Virus record (IMG/VR): IMGVR_UViG_3300045988_076196
Coordinates: 32,001 to 96,000 of that record
Source of the DNA: a virus
DNA length: 64,000 nt
Direction: 5' to 3' (one strand)
Shown here: piece by piece, positions 25,456-34,637 of the stretch
How the letters are laid out: each line of letters begins with the position of its first letter
Position numbering within the stretch: position 1 is the stretch's first letter
Position numbers and translations under genes: made by a program
The notes under the pieces: model-generated
What the model was told of the DNA's origin: nothing
Seen by the model: the letters and a program-made list of their open reading frames with translations, nothing else
Databases searched by the model: none

Positions 25456-26548
25456 TATTATCACCCCAGAACTAGTTCAGTTTGCCAAGGGCAATGCTGA
25501 TTTTTATACCGCTTTCGCTGATTATCACAACCATAAGGCCGCTACTGAGTGGGGCAAGTCTATGGGAGCATATGACCAGTCTGTTTCTCTAACTGAGAAG
25601 GCTGAAAAGGTTCGCAATGCCTACTTTGCAGAGATCGAAAAGGTTTCCAACTGTCCTCTAACTGCTGAGAATCGTGATGCTTGGATGGCTAATCCTGTTG
25701 TCCAGTGGGCTAATTTTGCTGTCATCAACGCGACTGTTAATGTCGTTCTACCCGGTTATGTTACTTCCACCTTTGCGCCTTTCGTTGATTTCCGCACTGT
25801 CGGCTATGCTGATATCGTTAATCTGGCTATTCCTCCCAAGACTCTATATACCGTGTCTAAGGGCGCTAAGGGTGAGCGTACCAGCTTCCGTCAGAAGAAG
25901 TATAGGGGCAATGTCATTCTAACCCCAATCGAGCACATCATCACCACCTACGTTGATATGGCTCGCGTATTTGCTGGTAAGGACGATCTAGCTGAGGCTG
26001 TTCGTGCTATCGTTGTTTCTATTGAGCTCGATATGAACAAGGAAATTGTCTCTGCTCTATCCACTGGTCTTGGCGATGTCAATTATCCCTCTCAGTTTGT
26101 TGAGAATGGTGCATTTGATGCCAAGAAGCTCGTTCAGCTTGCACAGCGCGTTCAGGCTTATAACCAGATGGCTAAGCCCATCATCCTTGGAACTGCAGCT
26201 GCTCTAATGAATGTTCTACCTGATAGCGCCCTTGGCTATCGTATGAACATTGATGGCAAGGAAGGTGTTGTCTCTTATGTCAAGAACTTCTACGGTTTTG
26301 ATCTGTATGAACTACCTCAAGCTCCTACTGGCGGCGCTGACTTTGGTATGGCTCTAAATGATAATGTTCTATATGTTATCAGCCCAGCAGTCAACAAGGC
26401 TATTGCTGGTGTTATGAGCACTTCTATGACCAACTCCAACCAGTTCTATGAGAATGCAGATATTAGCCAGAACTTCACGATGCGGAAAGCATACGACTTC
26501 CAGTTCATCACGGCAGCATACGCCGGTATGTACACCATCACTGACTAA
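25448..26548 (+). CDS. Major capsid protein (by position, size, and strong SD and terminator)
   Basis: 366 aa, after the scaffold and decoration genes, followed by a strong terminator and a triple stop (TAA TAG TAA). Confidence 0.6.
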   Translation: MANIITPELVQFAKGNADFYTAFADYHNHKAATEWGKSMGAYDQSVSLTEKAEKVRNAYFAEIEKVSNCPLTAENRDAWMANPVVQWANFAVINATVNVVLPGYVTSTFAPFVDFRTVGYADIVNLAIPPKTLYTVSKGAKGERTSFRQKKYRGNVILTPIEHIITTYVDMARVFAGKDDLAEAVRAIVVSIELDMNKEIVSALSTGLGDVNYPSQFVENGAFDAKKLVQLAQRVQAYNQMAKPIILGTAAALMNVLPDSALGYRMNIDGKEGVVSYVKNFYGFDLYELPQAPTGGADFGMALNDNVLYVISPAVNKAIAGVMSTSMTNSNQFYENADISQNFTMRKAYDFQFITAAYAGMYTITD

Positions 26549-26562
26549 TAGTAAATATCTAT

Positions 26563-26596
26563 GAGAGGGGTTAGAAATAACCCCTCTCTATTTATA
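26563..26596 (+). terminator. Intrinsic terminator after the capsid gene
   Basis: GAGAGGGGTTA-GAAA-TAACCCCTCTC, then TATTTATA. Confidence 0.7.
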
Positions 26597-26624
26597 ACGG
26601 AAACAAGAAAGGAAAATAAAAGGA

Positions 26625-27278
26625 ATGGCAAACACTACTAATAAATCTACTATGACTACATCCAAGACAACTACTAAGAAAGAAGCTGCGCCAACTACAC
26701 CAGTTGTAGATACAGAGAAGGAACAGCTAAAAGCACAACTTGCGGAACAGCAGAAGCGTATGGAAGAAATGATGGCGCAGATGCAAGTTCTTATGCAAGC
26801 ACAGAGCAATTCTACAACGTCAATCAAATCTGTTAATTCTAACAAACAGATTGTATTTATCAATATGACTTCTGGTGGCTTGAATCTCAAGGGGACTCGT
26901 ATGTATCACATTGACAATCAGTTTGGTACTAAGAGCGTACAGGAATCTGAGGCTCGTGTCATTGTGGCGAATATGCCCAACACTATTGCTGATGGATATG
27001 TATATATTCCAGATAATGAGTTCCTAGAATCTTGTAACATGGGCGGCGTATACGACGGTATGCTCAATGACGAGCAGATGAAAACGCTACTTAATCAGGA
27101 CGCGAATTATGTCTGTGATGTATTTGAAAATGCAACAGATTCTCAAAAGCGCATCATTATTGATATGGTGTCTGATAGACAACTTAATGGTAAGCCTGTT
27201 GATGCCAATATTCTAGTTCGTCTTGGCAAGCTGACAGGAGTAGATTTCTTAAATATTGAACCCCTCGAAGAGGAGTGA
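26625..27278 (+). CDS. Hypothetical structural-module protein with a Thr/Lys-rich N-terminus
   Basis: ORF track, with AAAGGAA upstream. Confidence 0.55.
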   Translation: MANTTNKSTMTTSKTTTKKEAAPTTPVVDTEKEQLKAQLAEQQKRMEEMMAQMQVLMQAQSNSTTSIKSVNSNKQIVFINMTSGGLNLKGTRMYHIDNQFGTKSVQESEARVIVANMPNTIADGYVYIPDNEFLESCNMGGVYDGMLNDEQMKTLLNQDANYVCDVFENATDSQKRIIIDMVSDRQLNGKPVDANILVRLGKLTGVDFLNIEPLEEE

Positions 27279-27284
27279 TAAATT

Positions 27285-27725
27285 ATGGCAACATCATTTG
27301 ATGTTATTGGACAAAGAGCATTAAACGTAATTGATGACTATAAACTGCGCAAACTATATGACGCAAACATTGAGCTGTTTCACGACAAGATTGATGGGTG
27401 GATTATTAGTTCAGCCGCAAAGTTTATAGAATGTGAACAACCTCTAACATATGATTCAGAGCTTAGACAATTTGACGCAGATTTAACAGATTTAGAGATT
27501 CAGATTCTTGCCGAATATTGGGTTATATACTGGTGGCGCGGCGAGACGGACGTAGCAACACAGATTGCACAAAAACTTAAAGTTCCATCCTCTTTTCAGA
27601 TGGATGGCGTATCCTCACAGAATTTCAAGGAAAAGCAGAACGTCATTGATAAGCTAGAAGAAGATGTAGATAGGCTCATCCACGACAAATACCAGCTCTT
27701 ATATCTATCCTCCTATAATTATTAA
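27285..27725 (+). CDS. Putative head-tail connector or adaptor
   Basis: Called on position and size only. Confidence 0.35.
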   Translation: MATSFDVIGQRALNVIDDYKLRKLYDANIELFHDKIDGWIISSAAKFIECEQPLTYDSELRQFDADLTDLEIQILAEYWVIYWWRGETDVATQIAQKLKVPSSFQMDGVSSQNFKEKQNVIDKLEEDVDRLIHDKYQLLYLSSYNY

Positions 27726-27739
27726 AGAGGGGTGGATAT

Positions 27740-28006
27740 ATGAGTAGAACAGATAAGCAAGATAAAATTCATGCTTTATATAAAGTCCTATTGCTGTTTG
27801 AAGATTTGACCAGTCTTGAGCCGACCATCGAAGAAGCCGACTATACAGCATATTGTGAGCGGCTATCTGTGCGATTTAGGGCGGTTGATGGTGAAATCGC
27901 TGATACATTGGCAGGATTAAGCAAAATGGGGCTTGAGCTTACTCATCCTATTATTCGTTCATGTGTATTGCGCATGACGAACAGAATTGAAAGGATGGGT
28001 GATTGA
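27740..28006 (+). CDS. Hypothetical head-tail joining protein
   Basis: ORF track, with GAGGGGTGG upstream. Confidence 0.5.
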   Translation: MSRTDKQDKIHALYKVLLLFEDLTSLEPTIEEADYTAYCERLSVRFRAVDGEIADTLAGLSKMGLELTHPIIRSCVLRMTNRIERMGD

Positions 28007-28007
28007 T

Positions 28008-28760
28008 ATGGCGTATGAAATGTTCCAATATCAACCAAGTCCCAATGATTATTACCGCGATTTGACGCAGGAATATATTTGTGCGCAATGGGATAACACG
28101 TCTGCTAAAACGCCGGAGAATGGCGGCGAATTGCTAGAACAAAATGGAATAGGGTCTAATGAATATAGTTGTGTTCAAGCGTGGGTTGCGCCTACTGTTG
28201 CAACCACATCGACTGGACAAAAGGATACTATAGATTTTCTACAGCTAATATTCAAGAATATTGACCATTTTGTTGTGCGCGGACTGTATTATAAATTTGA
28301 TAGCAATGTGTGGATTGTTCACGATTCGGGTAAATTTGATGGCTTGCCCCGTGCTGTTGGGGTGCGTCGTTGTAACAATGTTATGCGGATTAAAGATGAG
28401 ATCAATGACACAATCTTTAGCGCACCATGCGTTGTCGACTATGATATGCAATCACCATCAGCACAAGTCAGTACGCCTATTATTACGCCAAACAACCATG
28501 CTGTTGTTATGGTTCAGGGCAATGAGGACGTATATAGGCTATTCAAATATAACACACGTTATATGTTAGGCGGCAGACCATTTAAGCTGTTATCTTATCA
28601 GAATGCTATTAATGCTTATGGCATGAGTAAGCCAACATTGTTCACGCTTGAACTATATCTTGATGAGGCTCACGCTGGCGATGATATTGAGAATCAACTT
28701 GCGGATAATAGCTCCGTTGATTATCCAATGGACGAAAATGCGCCATTTCCAATGGGCTAA
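28008..28760 (+). CDS. Hypothetical structural protein
   Basis: The ATG is 1 nt after the preceding TGA. The track start at 27987 was rejected. Confidence 0.5.
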   Translation: MAYEMFQYQPSPNDYYRDLTQEYICAQWDNTSAKTPENGGELLEQNGIGSNEYSCVQAWVAPTVATTSTGQKDTIDFLQLIFKNIDHFVVRGLYYKFDSNVWIVHDSGKFDGLPRAVGVRRCNNVMRIKDEINDTIFSAPCVVDYDMQSPSAQVSTPIITPNNHAVVMVQGNEDVYRLFKYNTRYMLGGRPFKLLSYQNAINAYGMSKPTLFTLELYLDEAHAGDDIENQLADNSSVDYPMDENAPFPMG

Positions 28761-28777
28761 AGGAGGGCGGTTAGATT

Positions 28778-29356
28778 ATGTATAATTCTTTAAGTCGCTT
28801 GCCGACAATACCATACAATATTATGGTATATCTAGCAAAATCGACCGACCCTATTGCCGATGTCTTTTGGAAAATGTTGGCATATAAAGACTACAAGGCG
28901 TTGAGCCATGAACCACTTACATTTCAACAGAAAATGAAATTAGTGTGGTCATATGGCAAGCAGGATACATATAATGTATTTTTAACTAATCTGATTGAAG
29001 ATGTCATGGCTGAATCAAAGCAGATTATTAAGATATATCAATACTATATTCATGCTTCTGAGCTATATACTAGTACAGTAGTATATGCGTTTGATTGTCT
29101 ATATGGCGGTCAGATGAGCCTAGTTGAATATAACGGCATTCCTGTTAATCGCGGTGATTTATTCATTCATTGTATATTATATTTACTTAATGGTGCAGAA
29201 GTAGGCGGTGTTGGTAAACTCATGTTCTTAGATGATATGAGCCGATACAGCGCGGCACGTTCGACCATTGGCAATAATAAGACATTCACAGGTGTTCAGC
29301 TATATATGGCGGTCAACGTTGGAGATTCTGGCAAGGTGATTGATTGTGGCGATTGA
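28778..29356 (+). CDS. Hypothetical structural protein
   Basis: AAGGAGGG lies upstream. Confidence 0.55.
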   Translation: MYNSLSRLPTIPYNIMVYLAKSTDPIADVFWKMLAYKDYKALSHEPLTFQQKMKLVWSYGKQDTYNVFLTNLIEDVMAESKQIIKIYQYYIHASELYTSTVVYAFDCLYGGQMSLVEYNGIPVNRGDLFIHCILYLLNGAEVGGVGKLMFLDDMSRYSAARSTIGNNKTFTGVQLYMAVNVGDSGKVIDCGD

Positions 29357-30170
29357 TATTGAGGTCCTAGAAAAAGGATATTTTTATTTCGATAAGCCAG
29401 TTCCTTACAAATTGTCGGACACGACCCATGTTGATATAACGCCTATATCAGTATATGACAGTGAGGTCTTTTTGTCAAGTTGTGATATTCTCCAAATAGA
29501 TAAAAACGCGCTTAATTCTGTTGAGATAATTCAGATGAGTTATCTTGATTTTTTGCTGAAAGTCATGTTGCCTACAGATAAATCTGGTCTATTGCTAGAT
29601 AAACTGAGCAATATTTTTAGATTGTGTCTGGGTATGAAGACTTGGAAATTAAAAGTAAAAGAGAAACAGAAATTAAGTATAGTTGCCCCAGATGATTCTT
29701 TTGAAATCACAGGTAAGCAATTTGATGATATTAAGCGCATTATATTGTATCAGAATGTGCCGCATTACGATGATACATATATCGACCCAGATTTGAAAAA
29801 GATGATGGGCGAAGTGGATAGGCTTAAAAGTCAAGGTATTAGTACACCTAACCTAGAGCGACGCATGGCCATCATTACGGCTCATTGTGGCATTAATAAA
29901 CAAACATTGATGCAGTATACAATGCGGTCATTACAGTTGCTATTTGAAGAATGCGCAGGTGAGGTTGAGTTTACAACTTTGCGTCCTATTATGTTATATG
30001 CTGGAAAAGCTAAAGAGCTTGAGCATTGGATATACAAGAAAAAGAAAGATAGGCTTGATGGGTATGTTACATCTGTTGAGTCGTACAATAAATCTATGGG
30101 TGGAGATGGCGTAGTTAAACAAGCCAACTCCGATATGATAAAACAAATAAATAATATTGTAAATCAATAA
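29340..30170 (+). CDS. Hypothetical structural protein (the start may be the GTG at 29346)
   Basis: ORF track, overlapping the previous stop. Confidence 0.55.
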   Translation: MIVAIDIEVLEKGYFYFDKPVPYKLSDTTHVDITPISVYDSEVFLSSCDILQIDKNALNSVEIIQMSYLDFLLKVMLPTDKSGLLLDKLSNIFRLCLGMKTWKLKVKEKQKLSIVAPDDSFEITGKQFDDIKRIILYQNVPHYDDTYIDPDLKKMMGEVDRLKSQGISTPNLERRMAIITAHCGINKQTLMQYTMRSLQLLFEECAGEVEFTTLRPIMLYAGKAKELEHWIYKKKKDRLDGYVTSVESYNKSMGGDGVVKQANSDMIKQINNIVNQ

Positions 30171-30184
30171 GGAGGAAATCTTAT

Positions 30185-30319
30185 ATGAGAAAGTTCCTAG
30201 CTGGCGTTGGCGATGCTATTCTCCTTAAGGGTCAGACTATCATCGGCTTTGCCAAAACTCTAACAGAATCAACCTTTGGCTTTACTATTTCTAGTGAAGA
30301 AATCCGTGGCGGCAAGGGT
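30185..30319 (+). CDS. Major tail protein, exon 1 (45 codons)
   Basis: AAGGAGG lies 9 nt before the ATG. The translation is MRKFLAGVGDAILLKGQTIIGFAKTLTESTFGFTISSEEIRGGKG. The frame dies 6 codons later, inside the insert. Confidence 0.6.
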
Positions 30320-30526
30320 AAAAATTGCCCTCTGCGTTAAGTAATTAGCGTATGACTTCGGGTTAAATGCTTTGAATCCCTAAAGCCCACATACCTAAAC
30401 AGTAGTTGGAAACGACAAGCTGAATGGTTACGAAAGTAGAAAAAAGTTGTGGGATGGCTATACGGTTAAATCCTAAGTAGCTTATACCGATAAAATGGGT
30501 GTTTAGCAGAGAAGTCCCTAAATATA

Positions 30527-30555
30527 TTGACATATTTATAACAATGTGATATAAT
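30527..30555 (+). promoter_or_regulatory. Consensus promoter inside the intron
   Basis: TTGACA-TATTTATAACAATGTGA-TATAAT (N17, TGn extended -10). Confidence 0.6.
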
Positions 30556-30767
30556 ATACATGGGAAACTTTCAACGAATATCTCCTTGTGGGAGAAGTAG
30601 AACCTCAAGCATATGGAGGAAGAAAAATCCGACCCCTATAAAATAGGGTGAACATATATTCTACTCTCATGTGAAAGCATGAGCAGACTGCTAGTAATAG
30701 TAAGTCGATATTGGCGTTGCGAACCAATATGAATACAAAATATTTTATACTAAAAGGAATGTTATGT

Positions 30768-31841
30768 ATGTTGTTATCAAAAGTTGTTAAGTTGAAATGG
30801 AACACAAAGAATAGAAAACATTACGAAAGTATTGGATATATATTTACTAAATATGGTGATGAATTTGATGTAAAAGTCGAAGATTTGACACCTTCTAGTA
30901 AAGTTGTTGTTGAGGTTGAATGTGACTTTTGTCATAGCGTTGTTGTGAAAAAGAAATATCAAACATATAATATACAGCATCACGAAAAATATGGGGATTG
31001 TTGTGCATCATGCCAATCTAAAAAGAATAAGTTGATATGTATGGATAAATATGGCGTTGACAATGGTTCTAAGACAGAATATGCCATTGAAAAAATAAAA
31101 CAAGTTAGTATGGAGAGATATGGTGTAGATAACCCATCTAAGATAAGCGATGTAAGACGCAAGTTAAGCGAAATAGCTAAGGCTAATTCAGAAGATGTTA
31201 TCACTAAGAGAAATCAGACCATGCTAGAAAAATATGGCACGACATCACCAATGGACTTAGATATTGTCAAAGAGAAACAACGTGATACTCTATTGAAGAA
31301 TTATGGCGTTGAGCATCCAAAGCAAAGTGAAGAAATAAAAATGAGAGAACGTCAACGGAATATTGAGAAATATGGTGTTGATAATCCTATGAAACTTAAA
31401 TCCGTAAGAGATAAGATAAAGGCAACGTGTCTTGAAAAATATGGCGTTGAATGCTCATTAAGCTCACCAGATGTTAGAGCTAAAATTAACAAAACATTAC
31501 TTGAAAATGGTAATGTAAAAACATCTAAACAACAACTTCAACTACAACAACTATTAAAAGAAATATATGGAGATTGTGACTTAAACAAGCCGTGTGGTTC
31601 ATGCTTTCTTGATTGTGTAATTGAATATAATGGTGTCAATATAGATATTGAATATGATGGTGAATATTGGCATCAAGATACACAACAAGATAGGCGTAGA
31701 GACGAATTTGTCAAATCACAAGGATATAAAATTCTGCGCATTCGTGGAAGATATGACATTCCAAATAAAGAACAACTTGTGAAACATATTGAAGAATTGG
31801 TAAATTCACAACATACATTCGATATAATTAAAATGGTATAA
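30768..31841 (+). CDS. Intron-encoded endonuclease: six YGV(D/E)NP-type repeats plus a C-terminal Vsr/EDxHD-like nuclease domain
   Basis: Repeats of the form KYGVDNGSK, RYGVDNPSK, KYGTTSP, NYGVEHPKQ, KYGVDNPMK and KYGVECSL occur about every 27 aa. The C-terminal segment is NIDIEYDGEYWHQDTQQDRRRDEFVKSQGYKILRIRG. The track start at 30711 is probably too early (AAAGGAA precedes the ATG at 30768). Confidence 0.7.
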   Translation: MLLSKVVKLKWNTKNRKHYESIGYIFTKYGDEFDVKVEDLTPSSKVVVEVECDFCHSVVVKKKYQTYNIQHHEKYGDCCASCQSKKNKLICMDKYGVDNGSKTEYAIEKIKQVSMERYGVDNPSKISDVRRKLSEIAKANSEDVITKRNQTMLEKYGTTSPMDLDIVKEKQRDTLLKNYGVEHPKQSEEIKMRERQRNIEKYGVDNPMKLKSVRDKIKATCLEKYGVECSLSSPDVRAKINKTLLENGNVKTSKQQLQLQQLLKEIYGDCDLNKPCGSCFLDCVIEYNGVNIDIEYDGEYWHQDTQQDRRRDEFVKSQGYKILRIRGRYDIPNKEQLVKHIEELVNSQHTFDIIKMV

Positions 31842-31854
31842 AATATAATTAGGT

Positions 31855-32790
31855 AATGCACTAATCGGTAAATATTATCATGATTCTGGTCTAACTGTTC
31901 AGATTACTGACTCTTGCTTCAAGCTAGAGTATATTGCGGCCAATCTTGGTGTTGATCTACAGAAGGGCGGTCTTGGTGTTTATCAGGGCGAACTGGTTGT
32001 TCAGACTGCTGGTAAGGTCACTCTACCACAGGCTCCAACCGCCGTTGCTGGTTCACTAATTGGTTGGTATCGCACTCCTAGCGAGAAGGATTATACTGTT
32101 GGTACAATTACTGAGGCGTCCGGTGTATACACAATGGAAATTGCCAATGCTAAGGTTGGCGAGAAGTATTGTGTTATGTATTTCTATCAGAATGCTAATG
32201 CTGATAGCATTATCATTCCAGTTGACTATGTACCAGACGAGCTTCACGTCATTATTATCAATGACCTGTTCAATGCGGATATTTCCACTACGAACAATGC
32301 AACTAAGGTTGGCCGTCTAATTACTGATATTCCTAGACTACAGCTTGATGGCGCACAAGACCTTAATCTTACTGCAACTTCCGCAGCTACTGTTTCTCTG
32401 TCTGGCTCTGCTCTAGCAGTTGACTCCACTGACTCTTGCGAGAATGAGTCTTACTATGGTACTATGACCGAGGAAGTCTTTGGCGCAAAGTGGCAGAACG
32501 AAGTAAAGGCTATTGCATTTGAGGATGCTGATATTAGCCTAAAGGCAGCTGGTAGCCAGACTCTAGTTTGCTATGTTCTATTTGACGGCAACAAGGCTCC
32601 TAAAATTGTTGACAATGCCAATTTTACATTTGCTGTCGAGGACGGAACTGAGAATGTGTCTGTCAATGAAAGTGGCGTTGTGAATGCAATCAAGGCTGGT
32701 ACAGCACATATTTCCGCAACTCTAAAGGGTGCTGACCCAGAGGTCAACCCAAGTGTTGTTGGTTATGCTGAGGTCACTGTAACCGCTTAA
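31855..32790 (+). CDS. Major tail protein, exon 2, with a C-terminal Big_2-like Ig domain
   Basis: The continuous frame reads ...NALIGKYYHDSGLTVQITDSCFKLEYIAANLG.... The C-terminal segment VSVNESGVVNAIKAGTAHISATLKG...GYAEVTVTA is Big_2-like. The exact 5' end is uncertain within 31849-31870. Confidence 0.6.
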   Translation, partial: NALIGKYYHDSGLTVQITDSCFKLEYIAANLGVDLQKGGLGVYQGELVVQTAGKVTLPQAPTAVAGSLIGWYRTPSEKDYTVGTITEASGVYTMEIANAKVGEKYCVMYFYQNANADSIIIPVDYVPDELHVIIINDLFNADISTTNNATKVGRLITDIPRLQLDGAQDLNLTATSAATVSLSGSALAVDSTDSCENESYYGTMTEEVFGAKWQNEVKAIAFEDADISLKAAGSQTLVCYVLFDGNKAPKIVDNANFTFAVEDGTENVSVNESGVVNAIKAGTAHISATLKGADPEVNPSVVGYAEVTVTA

Positions 32791-32804
32791 TCTATTTAAT
32801 TTTA

Positions 32805-32840
32805 ATGGGGAGAGATATTCGTATCTTTCCCCATTTTATT
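32805..32840 (+). terminator. Intrinsic terminator after the major tail gene
   Basis: A 13-bp stem, ATGGGGAGAGATA-TTCG-TATCTTTCCCCAT, followed by TTTATT. Confidence 0.7.
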
Positions 32841-32866
32841 ACGTTCAAATAAAGTAGGTGAAAATA

Positions 32867-33187
32867 ATGGATTGTCCATATTGTAATGTAGTAAATTACG
32901 ACGAAATCCCAACTTGTAATAAGCAAGAGGAGCATCCCGTTTGCCCTCATGTTAGGCGGTGTATTGAGCATCATATGTGGAAACCACTAAATTTTATGGC
33001 TAGTTGCCCAATTAAATCTGCGCCAACTGGTAATGTGCAGTTTGAGCGGCATGGCTATTTGTACGTTAAAGTTGGTGAACAAATCATTAAGGTGGAAAAC
33101 CCATATGATTATATCCCAGACAATGTAGAATTAAGGAAATATAAAGGAAATTATAAGGTAATTAAAGAAAAGGAGAATAAGGAATAA
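32867..33187 (+). CDS. Cys-rich hypothetical protein
   Basis: AGGTGA lies 5 nt before the ATG. The protein has CPYC and several further Cys/His residues. Confidence 0.5.
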   Translation: MDCPYCNVVNYDEIPTCNKQEEHPVCPHVRRCIEHHMWKPLNFMASCPIKSAPTGNVQFERHGYLYVKVGEQIIKVENPYDYIPDNVELRKYKGNYKVIKEKENKE

Positions 33188-33588
33188 TGAAGGATTTTAA
33201 GGAAATGGAAAGTATTGAACTCAAGGATTTTGGCATTCGTGTCAACCCATATTTAACTTATGCACAAGTTCAGGCTATTGCCAATAGTGTTTACACCCTA
33301 AAGAGCTGGGCAGAGCGTGAACAGAACATTGATATGCTACTACTTATCTATGCAACTAACCTAACGGCTGAGGAAGTCAATAATTACAATCATGAACATT
33401 GGCTTAAGTCCGGCCTGATTGACTGTGTTAAGGCAAATGTACTAAATTTCTATGATATCGATAAGGCTATCAAATATGAGGAAAGTCCAATGCGCACTCT
33501 CATGAAGTTAGCTAATGAAATGCCGGAATTTAGCAAAAAGCTTAACGAATACTTAGAGGTGGCAAAGAATGCCAACAGCAAGAAGTGA
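33187..33588 (+). CDS. Possible tail assembly chaperone (by position only)
   Basis: 133 aa and acidic, between the tail tube and tape measure genes. It has a TAATGA overlap with the upstream gene. Confidence 0.35.
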   Translation: MKDFKEMESIELKDFGIRVNPYLTYAQVQAIANSVYTLKSWAEREQNIDMLLLIYATNLTAEEVNNYNHEHWLKSGLIDCVKANVLNFYDIDKAIKYEESPMRTLMKLANEMPEFSKKLNEYLEVAKNANSKK

Positions 33589-34120
33589 AGTTGAATTGCG
33601 TCGAATGCTGAAAGACCCCTTGCAAAAAGCTGTACAATATGTCGTTCAAAAGATATGGAATGAAAATCGCGAAGTAGTACGACTTGTTGTCTACGAGGTC
33701 TATCAGCCAACAGAATATGATAGAACTATGGGTTTTCTTAATGCGTGGGACTTTACAGGCGAATATTACAATCCACCAAGCATGAACTCTGTAGCACATG
33801 GTGAATTTTATTTCAAGCCCAGTGAAATGCCACTTGGCAGCACAGACCCAGAATCAGGAAATTATGCGCAACATATTGGTATTGCTGGAAGTTATAAGGG
33901 CGCAGATGCTCGTGAGTATCTGGCTGATATTATTTACGGTAATATAAAGTGGGGTTCTGGTTTTGGCATTGGAGATTGGCAAAGAAAGCGTGACGCATGG
34001 ACTGAGTTAAATAAGCGCATAGGCAGACGCAAGATGAAACAATGGATGAAAGAAGGCATGGAGGCGGCTGGGCTTACTGTACAGATGCACAATACGCCGC
34101 TTCATGTCGAGGAAAGTTAA
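33569..34120 (+). CDS. Hypothetical protein
   Basis: AGAGGTGG lies 6 nt before the ATG, giving an independent start rather than a frameshift product. Confidence 0.55.
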   Translation: MPTARSEVELRRMLKDPLQKAVQYVVQKIWNENREVVRLVVYEVYQPTEYDRTMGFLNAWDFTGEYYNPPSMNSVAHGEFYFKPSEMPLGSTDPESGNYAQHIGIAGSYKGADAREYLADIIYGNIKWGSGFGIGDWQRKRDAWTELNKRIGRRKMKQWMKEGMEAAGLTVQMHNTPLHVEES

Positions 34121-34121
34121 T

Positions 34122-34637
34122 ATGGTTATATGTGGACTTGATGCAAGCACCTCTTGCACTGGATGGTCTATATTTGATAATGGTGAACTCATTGCATATG
34201 GCGCAATCAAGCCCAAGGGTGATGATTGGCACGATAGGGTAATGGGGCTTACTATGGAATTATCAAAAATATTTAGACAGTATCAACCCACCATTATCTA
34301 TGCAGAGGAAGTGCCATTAAAAAAAGGCGCATCTACTATAGAAAAATTGGGCGCAGTGCAAGGCGTGATTTTAGCATTATGCGCTGGCTTCAAGATAAAG
34401 CCATGCTTCTTGATGCCAAGTAAATGGCGTGGCGACCTTAATCTCTTTGATGGCACAAGAGCCGGATTACAAAGAGATGTTCTGAAGAAAAAAGCCATAG
34501 AGATGGCGAATGAAGAATTTGGCCTCGAATTGGCATGGGTTGCCCCAAGTAGCAAAAAGAATGAGGATGATTGCGCGGAAGGAATCCTCATAGCCTACTC
34601 ACAAATTAAGAAAAAAGGGAGTGTGATGAATGGCTAA
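34122..34637 (+). CDS. ruvC: RuvC-like Holliday junction resolvase
   Basis: VICGLDASTSCTGWS (first catalytic Asp), IIYAEEV (Glu), and a RuvC-like length and hydrophobic pattern. Confidence 0.65.
   Translation: MVICGLDASTSCTGWSIFDNGELIAYGAIKPKGDDWHDRVMGLTMELSKIFRQYQPTIIYAEEVPLKKGASTIEKLGAVQGVILALCAGFKIKPCFLMPSKWRGDLNLFDGTRAGLQRDVLKKKAIEMANEEFGLELAWVAPSSKKNEDDCAEGILIAYSQIKKKGSVMNG

Larger units (their letters stand above)
30320..31854 (+). mobile_element. Group I-like intron with an internal promoter and an endonuclease ORF; the 3' boundary is approximate
   Basis: Exon AGGGU (30315-30319) can pair with GCCCU (30327-30331), placing a G.U pair at the splice site. There are GAAA-loop hairpins. 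CCCTAAA is at 30378-30384. CGACCC..ATAGGGTGAA (30630-30655) is shared with the tape-measure insert. The downstream frame is open from 31849 with no start codon until 32134. Confidence 0.65.

Noticed and set aside
30711-30767. Upstream TTG start given by the track for the intron endonuclease
   Set aside because: There is no SD before 30711. AAAGGAA precedes the in-frame ATGs at 30759 and 30768, so the shorter ORF is preferred.
33530-33590. G/GT-type -1 frameshift at AGC AAA AAG near the end of the putative chaperone gene
   Set aside because: The -1 frame reaches a TAA after two codons. The overlapping downstream ORF (33569) is in the +1 frame and has its own SD (AGAGGTGG) and ATG.
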